DNA from: Bacteroidaceae bacterium
GTDB taxonomy: Bacteria; Bacteroidota; Bacteroidia; Bacteroidales; Barnesiellaceae_A
Assembly: GCA_017561285.1 (NCBI GenBank)
Contig: JAFZDG010000314.1
Coordinates: 1 to 30,306, forward strand
DNA length: 30,306 nucleotides
Reading direction: 5' to 3'
The notes under the pieces are model-generated. The model made no database searches, was not told where the DNA came from, and saw only the letters and a list, made by a program, of their open reading frames with translations. A program made the position numbers and the translations under genes. This document shows positions 18,070-27,210 of the stretch, piece by piece (the stretch's first letter is position 1; each line of letters begins with the position of its first letter).

Positions 18070-18816
18070 ATGAAACATAAGAAGTATATAGTGTCGAGTT
18101 TTATACTCGTTGTACTCTTAGTATTATGCTATAGTTTTTATGACCAAGAAGAAATAACAGTCAAAAAAGAAAAAGAAAAAGAAGATATAGTATATGTTGA
18201 GCGAGTAGATAGCGTTGGATTGGTAATTTTGTATCCCCAATTTTCGACCATCGACTTGGTGTGCGATACAATGCCATCTAAGGAAGATGCCTCTGTAATT
18301 CTGGTTGCCGAGGCCGCCTATACGGGCGAGTGTATTAAGCAATTTAAGCACTCCAATATATCGGGCGACCACGTAAGTCGGGGTGTGTTGTATCGAGGGT
18401 ACAAAAGCCGGCGCAATACAGGGGCATTTGTGTATTATAATGATGCGTGGAAATTTTGCGAGCAACCTTATCGCAATGAATTGGATTCGGCCGCTCACTA
18501 TGGTGGTGCAGGATTTGCTCAAGAGCTGATTGTAAAGAACAGCAAACTCATGGATACTCCGCGAAAGGATGGCAGCAAGAATTGTTTCAGGGCTTTGTGC
18601 GAACATTCGAGTCGTCTTTGCATCATTGAGTCAGATTCAATAATAACCTTTGGCGAATTCAAAAACAGACTGATGAATTATGGCGTAGCCAATGCAATAT
18701 ATCTCGATATGGGGGCAGGTTGGAGCTATGCGTGGTATCGTACACCATCGAGTATTATAGAACTGAAACCTCATAGGCACGACTATTGTACCAATTGGGT
18801 TACATTCTATAAGTAG
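18070..18816 (+). CDS. Hypothetical exported or membrane-anchored protein, possible phosphodiester glycosidase (NAGPA-like) fold
   Basis: N-terminal TM/signal. C-terminal FRAL...LCII...ANAIYLDMGAGWS resembles the NAGPA R.A...A.NLDGGGS motif, but this is a distant resemblance. Possible -7 box TATTTTTG at 18024-18031. Confidence 0.55.
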   Translation: MKHKKYIVSSFILVVLLVLCYSFYDQEEITVKKEKEKEDIVYVERVDSVGLVILYPQFSTIDLVCDTMPSKEDASVILVAEAAYTGECIKQFKHSNISGDHVSRGVLYRGYKSRRNTGAFVYYNDAWKFCEQPYRNELDSAAHYGGAGFAQELIVKNSKLMDTPRKDGSKNCFRALCEHSSRLCIIESDSIITFGEFKNRLMNYGVANAIYLDMGAGWSYAWYRTPSSIIELKPHRHDYCTNWVTFYK

Positions 18817-18853
18817 CACAGAGTCGTAAAACATCAAAAACGAACAAAATAAG

Positions 18854-18888
18854 AAGAGAGACTTTCCGGGCTTGGGAAAATCTCTCTT
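18854..18888 (-). terminator. Intrinsic terminator of typA (possibly bidirectional)
   Basis: Minus strand AAGAGAGATTTTCC / GGAAAGTCTCTCTT stem with one G-U pair, followed by CTTATTTTGTT. Confidence 0.75.
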
Positions 18889-18913
18889 TGTATGATTGCT
18901 GTTATAAAGGGTA

Positions 18914-20713
18914 TTACACCTTATTGGCACGCTTGCGCTCAATTTCGTCGAGGATGATTTTGCGCAGACGTATGTGATGGGGTGTTACCTCTACATACTC
19001 ATCTTCTTTGATATATTCGAGAGCTTCTTCGAGGCTAAACACTACAGGGGGTATGAGTTTTACCTTGTCGTCAGAACCGGAAGCACGCATATTGGTGAGT
19101 TTCTTCGATTTGGTAACGTTCACCACAATATCGTTATCTTTGGCATTCTCGCCTACCACTTGTCCGGCATATACCTCCTCTTGAGGGAAGATGAAGAATC
19201 GGCCACGATCTTGCAACTTATCGATAGCATAGGCATAGGCTGTACCGGCCTCCATAGCGATGAGCGATCCATTGGTACGGCGGTCTATTTCGCCCTTCCA
19301 GGGTTGGTATTCGTGGAAACGGTGTGCCATAATGGCCTCACCGGCCGAAGCTGTAAGCACATTGTTGCGAAGACCAATTATACCACGAGAGGGAATATAA
19401 AACTCCAAGTGGATGCGGTCGTTTTGTGTAGTCATCGAAATCATCTCACCCTTGCGGCGTGTTACCATATCGATGATTTTGCTCGAATACTCTTCGGGCA
19501 AGTTGACCGTAAGCAACTCGATAGGCTCACACTTCACACCATCTATCTCTTTGATGATAACTTGAGGTTGGCCCACTTGCAACTCGTAGCCCTCGCGGCG
19601 CATTGTCTCTATCAGCACCGACAAGTGCAATACACCTCGACCATATACGCTCCACACATCTTCATTTTCGTTTTTCTCTACGCGCAGGGCAAGGTTTTTG
19701 TCCAACTCACGTGTCAAACGATCGGCTATGTGACGCGATGTAACATACTTACCATCTTTACCAAAGAAAGGCGAGTCGTTGATGGTAAAAGTCATAGACA
19801 TAGTAGGCTCATCGATGGCAATACGCTCAAGAGGCTCGGGGTTGAGTACATCAGTGATGGTGTCGCCAATCTCAAAACCTTCCAAACCTACGATGGCACA
19901 AATATCGCCCGAGCCTACGCGGTCGGTCTTGGTACGTGTCATACCTTCAAATATATCGAGTTCTTTGATGCGTTGTTTCACGATAGAGCCATCGCGCTTG
20001 CACAAAGCCACCTCCATACCCTCACGCAACTCGCCACGATGCACACGACCTACTGCAATACGACCTACATACGATGAGTAGTCGAGCGAAGTGATAAGCA
20101 TCTGGGGAGTTCCCTCAAGATATTGAGGCTCGGGGATATGCTCGATAATAGCTTCGAGAAGCGGCTGAATGCTATCGGTAGGAGTGTGCCAATCGGTACT
20201 CATCCAACCTTGCTTGGCCGAGCCATAGATGGTGGGGAAATCGAGTTGCTCCTCGGTAGCATCAAGGCTGAACATAAGGTCGAGCACCATATCTTGCACC
20301 TCATCGGGACGACAATTGGGTTTATCAACCTTGTTGATAACCACAACCGGCTTCAGTCCCATTTCAATAGCTTTTTGCAACACGAAACGTGTTTGAGGCA
20401 TCGGACCTTCAAAGGCATCAACAAGCAAGAGACAGCCATCGGCCATATTGAGCACACGCTCTACCTCACCACCGAAGTCGGCGTGTCCCGGGGTATCGAT
20501 AATATTTATTTTATAATCTTTATACTGGATAGAAACATTCTTAGACAAGATCGTAATACCTCGCTCACGCTCAAGGTCGTTGTTATCGAGAATCAACTCG
20601 CCGGTATTTTGGTTCTCGCGAAAGAGATTTCCGGCCAACAACATCTTATCGACCAGCGTAGTTTTACCGTGGTCAACGTGAGCAATAATGGCAATGTTTC
20701 TAATTTTTTGCAT
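18914..20713 (-). CDS. typA: Translational GTPase TypA/BipA
   Basis: [50 protein letters not shown] and [12 protein letters not shown] motifs; 599 aa. Confidence 0.98.
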   Translation of the reverse strand: MQKIRNIAIIAHVDHGKTTLVDKMLLAGNLFRENQNTGELILDNNDLERERGITILSKNVSIQYKDYKINIIDTPGHADFGGEVERVLNMADGCLLLVDAFEGPMPQTRFVLQKAIEMGLKPVVVINKVDKPNCRPDEVQDMVLDLMFSLDATEEQLDFPTIYGSAKQGWMSTDWHTPTDSIQPLLEAIIEHIPEPQYLEGTPQMLITSLDYSSYVGRIAVGRVHRGELREGMEVALCKRDGSIVKQRIKELDIFEGMTRTKTDRVGSGDICAIVGLEGFEIGDTITDVLNPEPLERIAIDEPTMSMTFTINDSPFFGKDGKYVTSRHIADRLTRELDKNLALRVEKNENEDVWSVYGRGVLHLSVLIETMRREGYELQVGQPQVIIKEIDGVKCEPIELLTVNLPEEYSSKIIDMVTRRKGEMISMTTQNDRIHLEFYIPSRGIIGLRNNVLTASAGEAIMAHRFHEYQPWKGEIDRRTNGSLIAMEAGTAYAYAIDKLQDRGRFFIFPQEEVYAGQVVGENAKDNDIVVNVTKSKKLTNMRASGSDDKVKLIPPVVFSLEEALEYIKEDEYVEVTPHHIRLRKIILDEIERKRANKV

Positions 20714-20792
20714 ATCCTATTGAATTTTCAAACGTCTTATTTGCGGGCCATAGCTGTGATATAGCTTGTTACCCTCTGTAATTTTCGGGCGA

Positions 20793-20800
20793 CAAAGGTA
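20793..20800 (-). promoter_or_regulatory. -7 element (TACCTTTG) for typA
   Basis: CAAAGGTA on the + strand, 80 nt upstream of the start. Confidence 0.65.
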
Positions 20801-21052
20801 CGAATTTTTATTGGAAAAGTCGTTGAGTACACATACAATTATGAATCACTTTTTTCAAAGCTTTACATAAGTTATAATGACTATACACAAAATACGACTC
20901 TGCTCGTTGCATATCTCACTCATTTATGAGTATCTTTGAAGTTACCTCGAAGATATTTTGCACTCGCTGCGAAAAATATCGAAGCAAGCTTCATATTTCT
21001 CGCTCGTTTATCTATATCTTTGTCGCGGTTTTCAATTTTATACTATAATTTT

Positions 21053-22801
21053 ATGTTATTACGTCACAAATTATCTTTTGCCATCATTCTACTTTTTATC
21101 GCCATACAAACATGGGCACAAGATATTACGTTCTCGGGTACAATACCCGTTATGTACATCAACACCGAGAACAAAGCTCCTATCACCTCGAAAGAAGATT
21201 ACCTTCAAGCCACTTATTACCTCGATCCTATGGGCATAGAGGGTGTTGAGGCCCTGGGCAGTGCCGATGCGCAACGTCCCCTTGAAATACGCGGAAGAGG
21301 CAATTGGACATGGAACGGCTTTGATAAGAAACCATACCGCATCAAGTTGGCCTCTAAAACAGCCATCTTGGGTATGAACAAGAGCAAACACTTTGCCCTT
21401 ATGGCCAATGCCGATGATGAGTTGTCGGGGTTACGCAATGCCGTAGGTTACCAATTGGCTCGTATGATTGGCTTACCCTGGACTCCGACCGACAAACCGG
21501 TAGAGGTGGTTCTCAATGGAGAGTATATAGGTATGTACATGCTCACCGAGACCATACGCGTTGATAGCTACCGAGTGGATATTGTGGAGCAAGCCGATGA
21601 GGAGACCGATGCCACAGCCATTACCGGCGGCTGGCTTGTAGAGATAGACAACTACGACACAGATCCTCACGTGCGCATTACCGAGGGCAATGGTGAGCGT
21701 ATCATCTTTACCTACAAAACGCCCGAAGTGTTATCGGCCGAACAAGAAAACTACTTGCGCAGCCAAATGACTGCCATAGACAAAGCGATATACACCAAAG
21801 ACAAAAGCTCTACCACTTGGGAGGAATATATCGACCTCGACCGCTTGGTGCGCTTCTACATCGTGCAAGAGATACTCGACAATGCCGAGTCGTTTCATGG
21901 CAGTTGCTATATGCACCGTCAGTTGGGAAGTGACCAAAAGTGGATGTTTGGCCCTGTTTGGGACTTTGGCAACACATTCCGCCGCGGCTCAGGACTATTT
22001 ATTTACGAGTATCCGCCTTACGGACAAACTTGGATTGGCGAAATAGCTAAATTCCCTCGTTTCGAAGAGAAAGTAAAAGAGGTGTGGATTGAGTTCCGCG
22101 AAAACAACTTTGATGAGATATATACATTTATAGACAATTTTGTGGCCTCTTACGAAGCAGCCATACAAGCCGACGACCGACGTTGGCCCGATTACGGCAG
22201 CTCAAACGTGCAAAAAGATGGCACTACAATGAAAAACAACATACGAGAACGCGTTGATTTTCTTGTCAAACATTGGGGCGATGCCGAAAAAGCTCCCACA
22301 GAGACAAGTTATACCGTATATTTCAATCCCGAAGGAACCAATTGGAAGAATATATATGTATATAGCTGGGACTACAACGGCAGTGTAACCCAATTTTTGG
22401 GCGATTGGCCGGGAACCGTTACCACTAAAACAACTAACATCGATGGCGTAGATTATTACACCATCACATTCGATCCAGGCTACACACCCTACAGCCCCAT
22501 GATTATCTTTAACGATGGAAAAAGCGGTGTAGGCGAGCACCAAACCGAAGACCTCGTATTGGAGAACAATGCCATATACAACAAAAACGGCAAGATGGGA
22601 GTATATACCAATATCTCCACCCCTACAACCAATAGCCCGATGAGAGTAGAAAATCGCACAATATATGCCACAGGTCATATGGCTCTATACAATATGCAAG
22701 GCATTCTCGTGGCACAAGGCAAGGACAAAATCACAGCTCCTTGCGGGGGTATATATATCGTTATACACAACAACCAAGCTACCCGCGTAGGTCTGCAATA
22801 A
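21053..22801 (+). CDS. CotH-family kinase with a C-terminal CBM26-like starch-binding module and T9SS-type CTD
   Basis: Start placed at ATG 21053 (signal peptide ending IQTWA|Q); -7 boxes TATCTTTG at 20931 and 21015. CotH motifs IRGRGNWTW..KKPYRIKL, FALMAN, LNGEYIGMYMLTE and GPVWDFG. The YFNPEGTNWKNIYVYSW...GDWPGT...IIFNDG...QTEDL segment is CBM26-like. CTD-like end: LYNMQGILV...GGIYIV. Confidence 0.85.
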   Translation: MLLRHKLSFAIILLFIAIQTWAQDITFSGTIPVMYINTENKAPITSKEDYLQATYYLDPMGIEGVEALGSADAQRPLEIRGRGNWTWNGFDKKPYRIKLASKTAILGMNKSKHFALMANADDELSGLRNAVGYQLARMIGLPWTPTDKPVEVVLNGEYIGMYMLTETIRVDSYRVDIVEQADEETDATAITGGWLVEIDNYDTDPHVRITEGNGERIIFTYKTPEVLSAEQENYLRSQMTAIDKAIYTKDKSSTTWEEYIDLDRLVRFYIVQEILDNAESFHGSCYMHRQLGSDQKWMFGPVWDFGNTFRRGSGLFIYEYPPYGQTWIGEIAKFPRFEEKVKEVWIEFRENNFDEIYTFIDNFVASYEAAIQADDRRWPDYGSSNVQKDGTTMKNNIRERVDFLVKHWGDAEKAPTETSYTVYFNPEGTNWKNIYVYSWDYNGSVTQFLGDWPGTVTTKTTNIDGVDYYTITFDPGYTPYSPMIIFNDGKSGVGEHQTEDLVLENNAIYNKNGKMGVYTNISTPTTNSPMRVENRTIYATGHMALYNMQGILVAQGKDKITAPCGGIYIVIHNNQATRVGLQ

Positions 22802-22874
22802 AACATATAGCTGCGTCAAAAAGCAGTCATACAACACAATAGCAAATTTAAAAATGAAAAAATTGAGCCAAACG

Positions 22875-22905
22875 TTTGCAGTTAAAAAAGAAATGCTTAC
22901 CTTTG
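22875..22905 (+). promoter_or_regulatory. Sigma-A promoter of rpsO
   Basis: TTTG at 22875-22878 and TACCTTTG at 22898-22905; 19-nt spacing. Confidence 0.8.
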
Positions 22906-22948
22906 TGCGCTCAAAATATTTATATAACACAATTAAAAACTCAAGGAA

Positions 22949-23224
22949 ATGTATTTAACCACTGAGAAAAAACAGGAAATCTTTGAGAAATACGGAAAGT
23001 CTAATACTGATACTGGCTCACCCGAAGCACAGATTGCATTATTTTCATACCGTATTGCTCATTTGACTGAGCACCTCAAGTCAAATCACAAAGATTATAC
23101 CACTCAACGCGCTCTTAAAATGTTGGTAGGTAAACGTCGTCGTTTGTTGGATTATCTTATCCGCACCGACATCAACCGTTACCGTGCTATCATTGCTAAC
23201 AAAGAGCTTGGTATCCGTAAGTAA
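22949..23224 (+). CDS. rpsO: 30S ribosomal protein S15
   Basis: DTGSPEAQIALFSYRIAHLTEHL...LVGKRRRLLDYL...YR.II..LGIRK. Confidence 0.98.
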   Translation: MYLTTEKKQEIFEKYGKSNTDTGSPEAQIALFSYRIAHLTEHLKSNHKDYTTQRALKMLVGKRRRLLDYLIRTDINRYRAIIANKELGIRK

Positions 23225-23239
23225 GATACCGGTAAAGGT

Positions 23240-23278
23240 AAAAAAATAGGCGAACCCACGTGGCTCGCCTATTTTTTT
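23240..23278. terminator. Bidirectional terminator between rpsO and wbqC
   Basis: AAAAAAATAGGCGA / TCGCCTATTTTTTT, with A and T tracts on both sides. Confidence 0.9.
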
Positions 23279-23906
23279 ATATGCGTCCGGCAAGTACCAA
23301 GAGCGACTCATTGCCCATATTGCATATCAAGTCAAGTATAGAGACATCGGCTATAAAGCCATGACGCGATGCAAATACTTGATAGTATGGTCGAGGCATA
23401 TATGACGACAACAAGTTCATATCGGGATGCTTGGGATGAATAGCCTCTCGCAAATCGGTAACAGCGGCCGATGAAGCCGACAGAAATGTTTCACTGCGCA
23501 ATACTTCGGCACTTATACCCAGCCAACCACACACACATTCTATTTGCGCACAATTGTAATCGACCAAATAATCGTATCGTTGCTCATAGAAGCGATTGAT
23601 GTCATCGGCGTAATACTCATAAAAAGGCGAAGAGCCATAGGCCGATGCAATAGCCGAACGATGCAAATGTCGCCAATTGCCATGATCGCTTATACGAACA
23701 TCGCGCATTACCATCGAGGGCGTTGGCTTTTCTACCGGCACTGTAAGCACTTGTACTCCTTGCGCTCCCACTATCGTACAACGGTTGCGATAGGTCTGTT
23801 TTATATATGTATCGTACTGCTCAATGACCGCACCGCCATGACGATACATAGCTGCATAATAGGCCACCGGCGCCCAATAGGCACTTCCCAAATATAACTT
23901 GTTCAT
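23277..23906 (-). CDS. WbqC-like family protein
   Basis: KQTYRNRCTI, LTVPV, AYGSSPFYEYY and YYQVF...GFIADVSILDLICNMG are typical of WbqC-like proteins; 4-nt overlap with the upstream stop. Confidence 0.88.
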   Translation of the reverse strand: MNKLYLGSAYWAPVAYYAAMYRHGGAVIEQYDTYIKQTYRNRCTIVGAQGVQVLTVPVEKPTPSMVMRDVRISDHGNWRHLHRSAIASAYGSSPFYEYYADDINRFYEQRYDYLVDYNCAQIECVCGWLGISAEVLRSETFLSASSAAVTDLREAIHPKHPDMNLLSSYMPRPYYQVFASRHGFIADVSILDLICNMGNESLLVLAGRI

Positions 23907-24907
23907 AATTTACGGTATTGAAAAAAACGATCGATGCGCCACGAATCAAAACCGCTCTGCGCGGCATCGATAGAAAATACTATCATACCACAACGCCCTA
24001 TGATGTGACTATGCGGCAACACTCCGAAATGGCGCGAATCGGTCATTGCCGTACGGTTGTCGCACAACACCCAATAATAGGGTTGTGTGAAACGATAACT
24101 ATCCATCTTGTGTCCGCCACGATACAGCACATCGCCACACAATTCTACCTTGCAAGGCTCATAAAGGTTGATAATTTGAGCATACAGAGCTGCATTGTGG
24201 GGTGTTATGATCGCATCGCTACCATATGGTGGCAACTCTATATAATAGTTGTCTTGAGCCAATGATATAAGACGAGGCAACTTGTCGGCAGGCAAATGCT
24301 CGCTCAACTCACTGTAATGATAACGATCGATATAGAATAGCGACTGACTTCCTAACGATTGTCGAGGTAATGCTTTCCCCCACAATGCACACATTGTCTC
24401 TTCGACAACCGACAATACCGAATCGGGTACGAGATACCCCTCGGTAACAACAGGACTCTGTACTGTTGGCTCACCATTGATATACAACATAGCACCATCG
24501 GCCGTTATCGTATCGCCGGGCAATCCCACACAACGCGCCACAACGGTGGGATAATGAGCCAAAGGTTTGCACTCGCCGGTTGGATAGTTATAGACTATCA
24601 CATCGTTACGCTGCACCAACGCCATACCCAACCGCTTGTAGGGCAATGGTTGTTGAGGCCATCGGGCAGGCAAGTCGGTACCGGGTAGTGTATCGACATA
24701 AGGCAGCGAAACATATGACTGAGGCAGTCGCACGCCATAATGCCACTTCTCTACCAACACCCTATCACCCGCCAGCAGAGCATTCTCCATCTGTTGTGGT
24801 GCAACGGTGTACATCTCGACAAAACATATGCGACACACCACTGTGAGTAGCAGCGCTATGGCAATAACCGCCAATAAATAGAGAATTGTCGAGCCAATGC
24901 GTGACAT
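23903..24907 (-). CDS. S26 signal peptidase I paralogue lacking the catalytic Ser and Lys (probable pseudo-peptidase)
   Basis: S26 boxes are recognisable (MENALLAGDRVLVEK, RNDVIVYN.P, RCVGLPGDTI, YWVLCDNR...DSRHFG), but the nucleophile Ser position is Gln and the general-base Lys position is Ala. Confidence 0.8.
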   Translation of the reverse strand: MSRIGSTILYLLAVIAIALLLTVVCRICFVEMYTVAPQQMENALLAGDRVLVEKWHYGVRLPQSYVSLPYVDTLPGTDLPARWPQQPLPYKRLGMALVQRNDVIVYNYPTGECKPLAHYPTVVARCVGLPGDTITADGAMLYINGEPTVQSPVVTEGYLVPDSVLSVVEETMCALWGKALPRQSLGSQSLFYIDRYHYSELSEHLPADKLPRLISLAQDNYYIELPPYGSDAIITPHNAALYAQIINLYEPCKVELCGDVLYRGGHKMDSYRFTQPYYWVLCDNRTAMTDSRHFGVLPHSHIIGRCGMIVFSIDAAQSGFDSWRIDRFFQYRKL

Positions 24908-24916
24908 AAATAGGTC

Positions 24917-26386
24917 TTAATTTACCAACGAATCGGCACTGCGCATAAAGCGATTCCAACGGAACTTACCATCAAACCAGCCTTTGTCCTTATCCAACGA
25001 AATGAGCACCAAAATGGGTTTTCCTATCACATGGTCTTCGGGCACAAAACCCCAATAACGCGAGTCGGCCGAATTGTCACGATTGTCGCCCAACATCATA
25101 TAGTAATCCATCTTGAAGGTATATTCGGTAGCCGGTGCATCGTTGATATAGATAGTACCGTCACGCATCTCTACTTTGTTACCCTCATAAGTGCGTATGG
25201 CACGCTCATAGAGCGAATAGTTATCGGCAGTAAGCTGCAAGGTTGCACCCTTCGCAGGAATCCATAGAGGACCGAAATCGGCTCTTGTCCAACGATGAAC
25301 ACCATCCATAGGGAACACCTCGCCACCCATCTCGCCTGGCTCCACTACAATCTGCTCGGCAAGTCCCGAATTTTTCACTTTGGCAAGTGCTTCCTCGGTC
25401 AAGGGGAAATGATAAACCGGATTGTAACCACCGGTGGCATTGGGCGTAATACCCAGCTGCGCAAACAGATAGGCTGCATTGGATGAGTTATTGACATACA
25501 TACGGTCATCGACACTTATACCCCACTCTTCAAAGGTTTTTTCGCTCAGTTTGTTTCCGGTAGTCTTCACAAAGTAATTGAGTTGCATACGCTTGGGCGA
25601 ATCAATTGCTTCACCATTGATATAGATGATGTTGTTGCGTATCTCAAAGTTCTCGCCGGGCATACCTACACATCGTTTTACATAGGCTTCACGACGATCG
25701 ACCGGGCGATATATAATTTCGCCAAAACGGGCTTTATCGCGATGCAAAGCCTCCTTGCCAAAGTAATGCGCCAGCGTATAGTAGTCGGGGTTGGGCATCT
25801 TACTTGCCACTGTATCGCCGGTAGGAAAGTTAAACACCACAATATCATTGCGCTCAACGCTACCCAAACCTTTCAATCGCTTATAAGGCAACTGCCACGC
25901 ATCGCAATACGACTTGGTATTGACAAGCGGGAGTGTGTGTTGTGCCAATGGGAAGTGAAGGGGAGTTTGTGGCAATCGAGGTCCGTAGTGTACCTTACTC
26001 ACCAAGAGAAAGTCGCCCACAAGCATCGACTTCTCGAGCGAGGGTGTAGGTATCTGAAAGTTTTGGAAGGCAAAAATAAATATAAAATAGACCAATACGA
26101 GTGCATACACAATGGCATCTACCCACTCACATATAGTGCGCAAAATAGGATTTTTGATTCTACGCCAACCGCCCCAGGGGATGTATTGTGTAAGATAAAT
26201 ATCAAAAAACAAGGGGTATGCCAACAAGGTCCACGCACTGCCTATCCATATTGTGAGCAACAAGAAAATGAGGGTAAAAACGCCAAAACGTATCCAACGT
26301 GATGTACTCACCGTCTTGAGACGAGCTACCAAATTGCGAGGACGTGATTGTCCTTCTACTCTATCTGTCGTTGTTTTCTTATCCAT
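24917..26386 (-). CDS. lepB: Signal peptidase I
   Basis: FQIPTPSLEKSMLVGDFLLVSK (catalytic Ser), YVKRCVGMPGE (catalytic Lys) and MLGDNRDNSADSRYWGFVP; N-terminal TMs. Confidence 0.95.
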   Translation of the reverse strand: MDKKTTTDRVEGQSRPRNLVARLKTVSTSRWIRFGVFTLIFLLLTIWIGSAWTLLAYPLFFDIYLTQYIPWGGWRRIKNPILRTICEWVDAIVYALVLVYFIFIFAFQNFQIPTPSLEKSMLVGDFLLVSKVHYGPRLPQTPLHFPLAQHTLPLVNTKSYCDAWQLPYKRLKGLGSVERNDIVVFNFPTGDTVASKMPNPDYYTLAHYFGKEALHRDKARFGEIIYRPVDRREAYVKRCVGMPGENFEIRNNIIYINGEAIDSPKRMQLNYFVKTTGNKLSEKTFEEWGISVDDRMYVNNSSNAAYLFAQLGITPNATGGYNPVYHFPLTEEALAKVKNSGLAEQIVVEPGEMGGEVFPMDGVHRWTRADFGPLWIPAKGATLQLTADNYSLYERAIRTYEGNKVEMRDGTIYINDAPATEYTFKMDYYMMLGDNRDNSADSRYWGFVPEDHVIGKPILVLISLDKDKGWFDGKFRWNRFMRSADSLVN

Positions 26387-26401
26387 ATATTTTTTTCTTT
26401 A

Positions 26402-27118
26402 TTATTTCAAGAATGAGAGCATATCGCTCATCGTCAAAAATCCTTTTTTACCAACCGTAAACTCAGCAGCAACCACTGCGCCCAAAGCAAATCCGCGACG
26501 GCTCTTGGCACGATGCTCGATGGTAATGGTATCTACCTCCGAGTCGTAACGAACAATATGCGTACCGGGCACTTCGCCTTGGCGCTCGGCTGTGATGGGC
26601 AATATATCGGCAGCCTGTTCTGTTTCGCTCCACGACGACAAGCGGTCGATATTCTCTATCAAGCCATCGGCCAGTGTTATGGCTGTGCCACTCGGATGGT
26701 CGAGCTTGTGAATGTGATGTATCTCTTCGAGGCTCACTTGGTAGTCGTCAAAATGATTCATCACACCGGCCAACCAACGATTTACGGCAAAGAAGACATT
26801 GACACCCAGACTGAAGTTTGACGCATAGAAAAATGTAGCACCTTGCTCACAGGCCTCTTTTATTTCGGGCATATGCTGTAACCAACCGGTAGTGCCCGAC
26901 ACCACCGGCACACCGGCTGCAAAGGCTCGCTTGTAATTCTCTACTGCAGTGGCAGGGGTAGTAAATTCTATTGCCACATCGGCCGAAGCAAAAGCTTGAG
27001 AAGTGAAGTCCTCCTGATTATCGATATCAATACGACACACTACCTCATGGCCGCGAGCAATAGCAATTTCTTCTATCACACGCCCCATCTTACCATATCC
27101 TATAAGTGCAATTTTCAT
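26402..27118 (-). CDS. dapB: 4-hydroxy-tetrahydrodipicolinate reductase
   Basis: MKIALIGYGKMG Rossmann motif (start at 27118 rather than 27130), VVSGTTGW, ASNFSLG, EIHHIHKLDHPSGTA and FALGAV.AAEF. Confidence 0.96.
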   Translation of the reverse strand: MKIALIGYGKMGRVIEEIAIARGHEVVCRIDIDNQEDFTSQAFASADVAIEFTTPATAVENYKRAFAAGVPVVSGTTGWLQHMPEIKEACEQGATFFYASNFSLGVNVFFAVNRWLAGVMNHFDDYQVSLEEIHHIHKLDHPSGTAITLADGLIENIDRLSSWSETEQAADILPITAERQGEVPGTHIVRYDSEVDTITIEHRAKSRRGFALGAVVAAEFTVGKKGFLTMSDMLSFLK

Positions 27119-27177
27119 TTTCGTAAACAAATTTTCGGCTATTATTACCGTTTTCTCAAGAAAGATAGTTTAATTTG

Positions 27178-27210
27178 CAAATATAGCGACAAACGGGCGA
27201 AATATGCAAA
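27178..27210 (-). promoter_or_regulatory. Sigma-A promoter of the dapB-lepB operon (-7 TATATTTG, -33 TTTG)
   Basis: CAAATATA at 27178-27185 and CAAA at 27207-27210; 21-nt spacing. Confidence 0.65.

Noticed and set aside
11420-18816. Mobile element, prophage or polysaccharide utilisation locus
   Set aside because: No integrase, transposase, tRNA target, flanking direct repeats, phage genes, SusC/SusD or glycoside hydrolase was recognised.
18974-20764. Long antisense ORFs (367 aa and 213 aa, same frame) opposite typA; likewise 9650-10354 opposite tnaA and 25583-26302 opposite lepB
   Set aside because: They are codon-aligned antisense shadows of conserved, codon-biased genes, with no recognisable domains, promoter or signal.
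20881-21030. Invertible (phase-variable) promoter suggested by two TATCTTTG boxes and the GATATTTT/AAAATATC inverted repeat
   Set aside because: Both boxes face the same way, the inverted repeat does not flank a promoter, and no recombinase is present in the window.
20936-21052. 39-codon N-terminal extension of the CotH gene from TTG 20936
   Set aside because: It overlaps -7 promoter boxes at 20931 and 21015; a proper signal peptide begins at ATG 21053.
23903-24907. Calling the second S26 gene a pseudogene
   Set aside because: It has no frameshift or stop, keeps its full domain layout and is tightly coupled to its neighbours, so it is better treated as a pseudo-enzyme.
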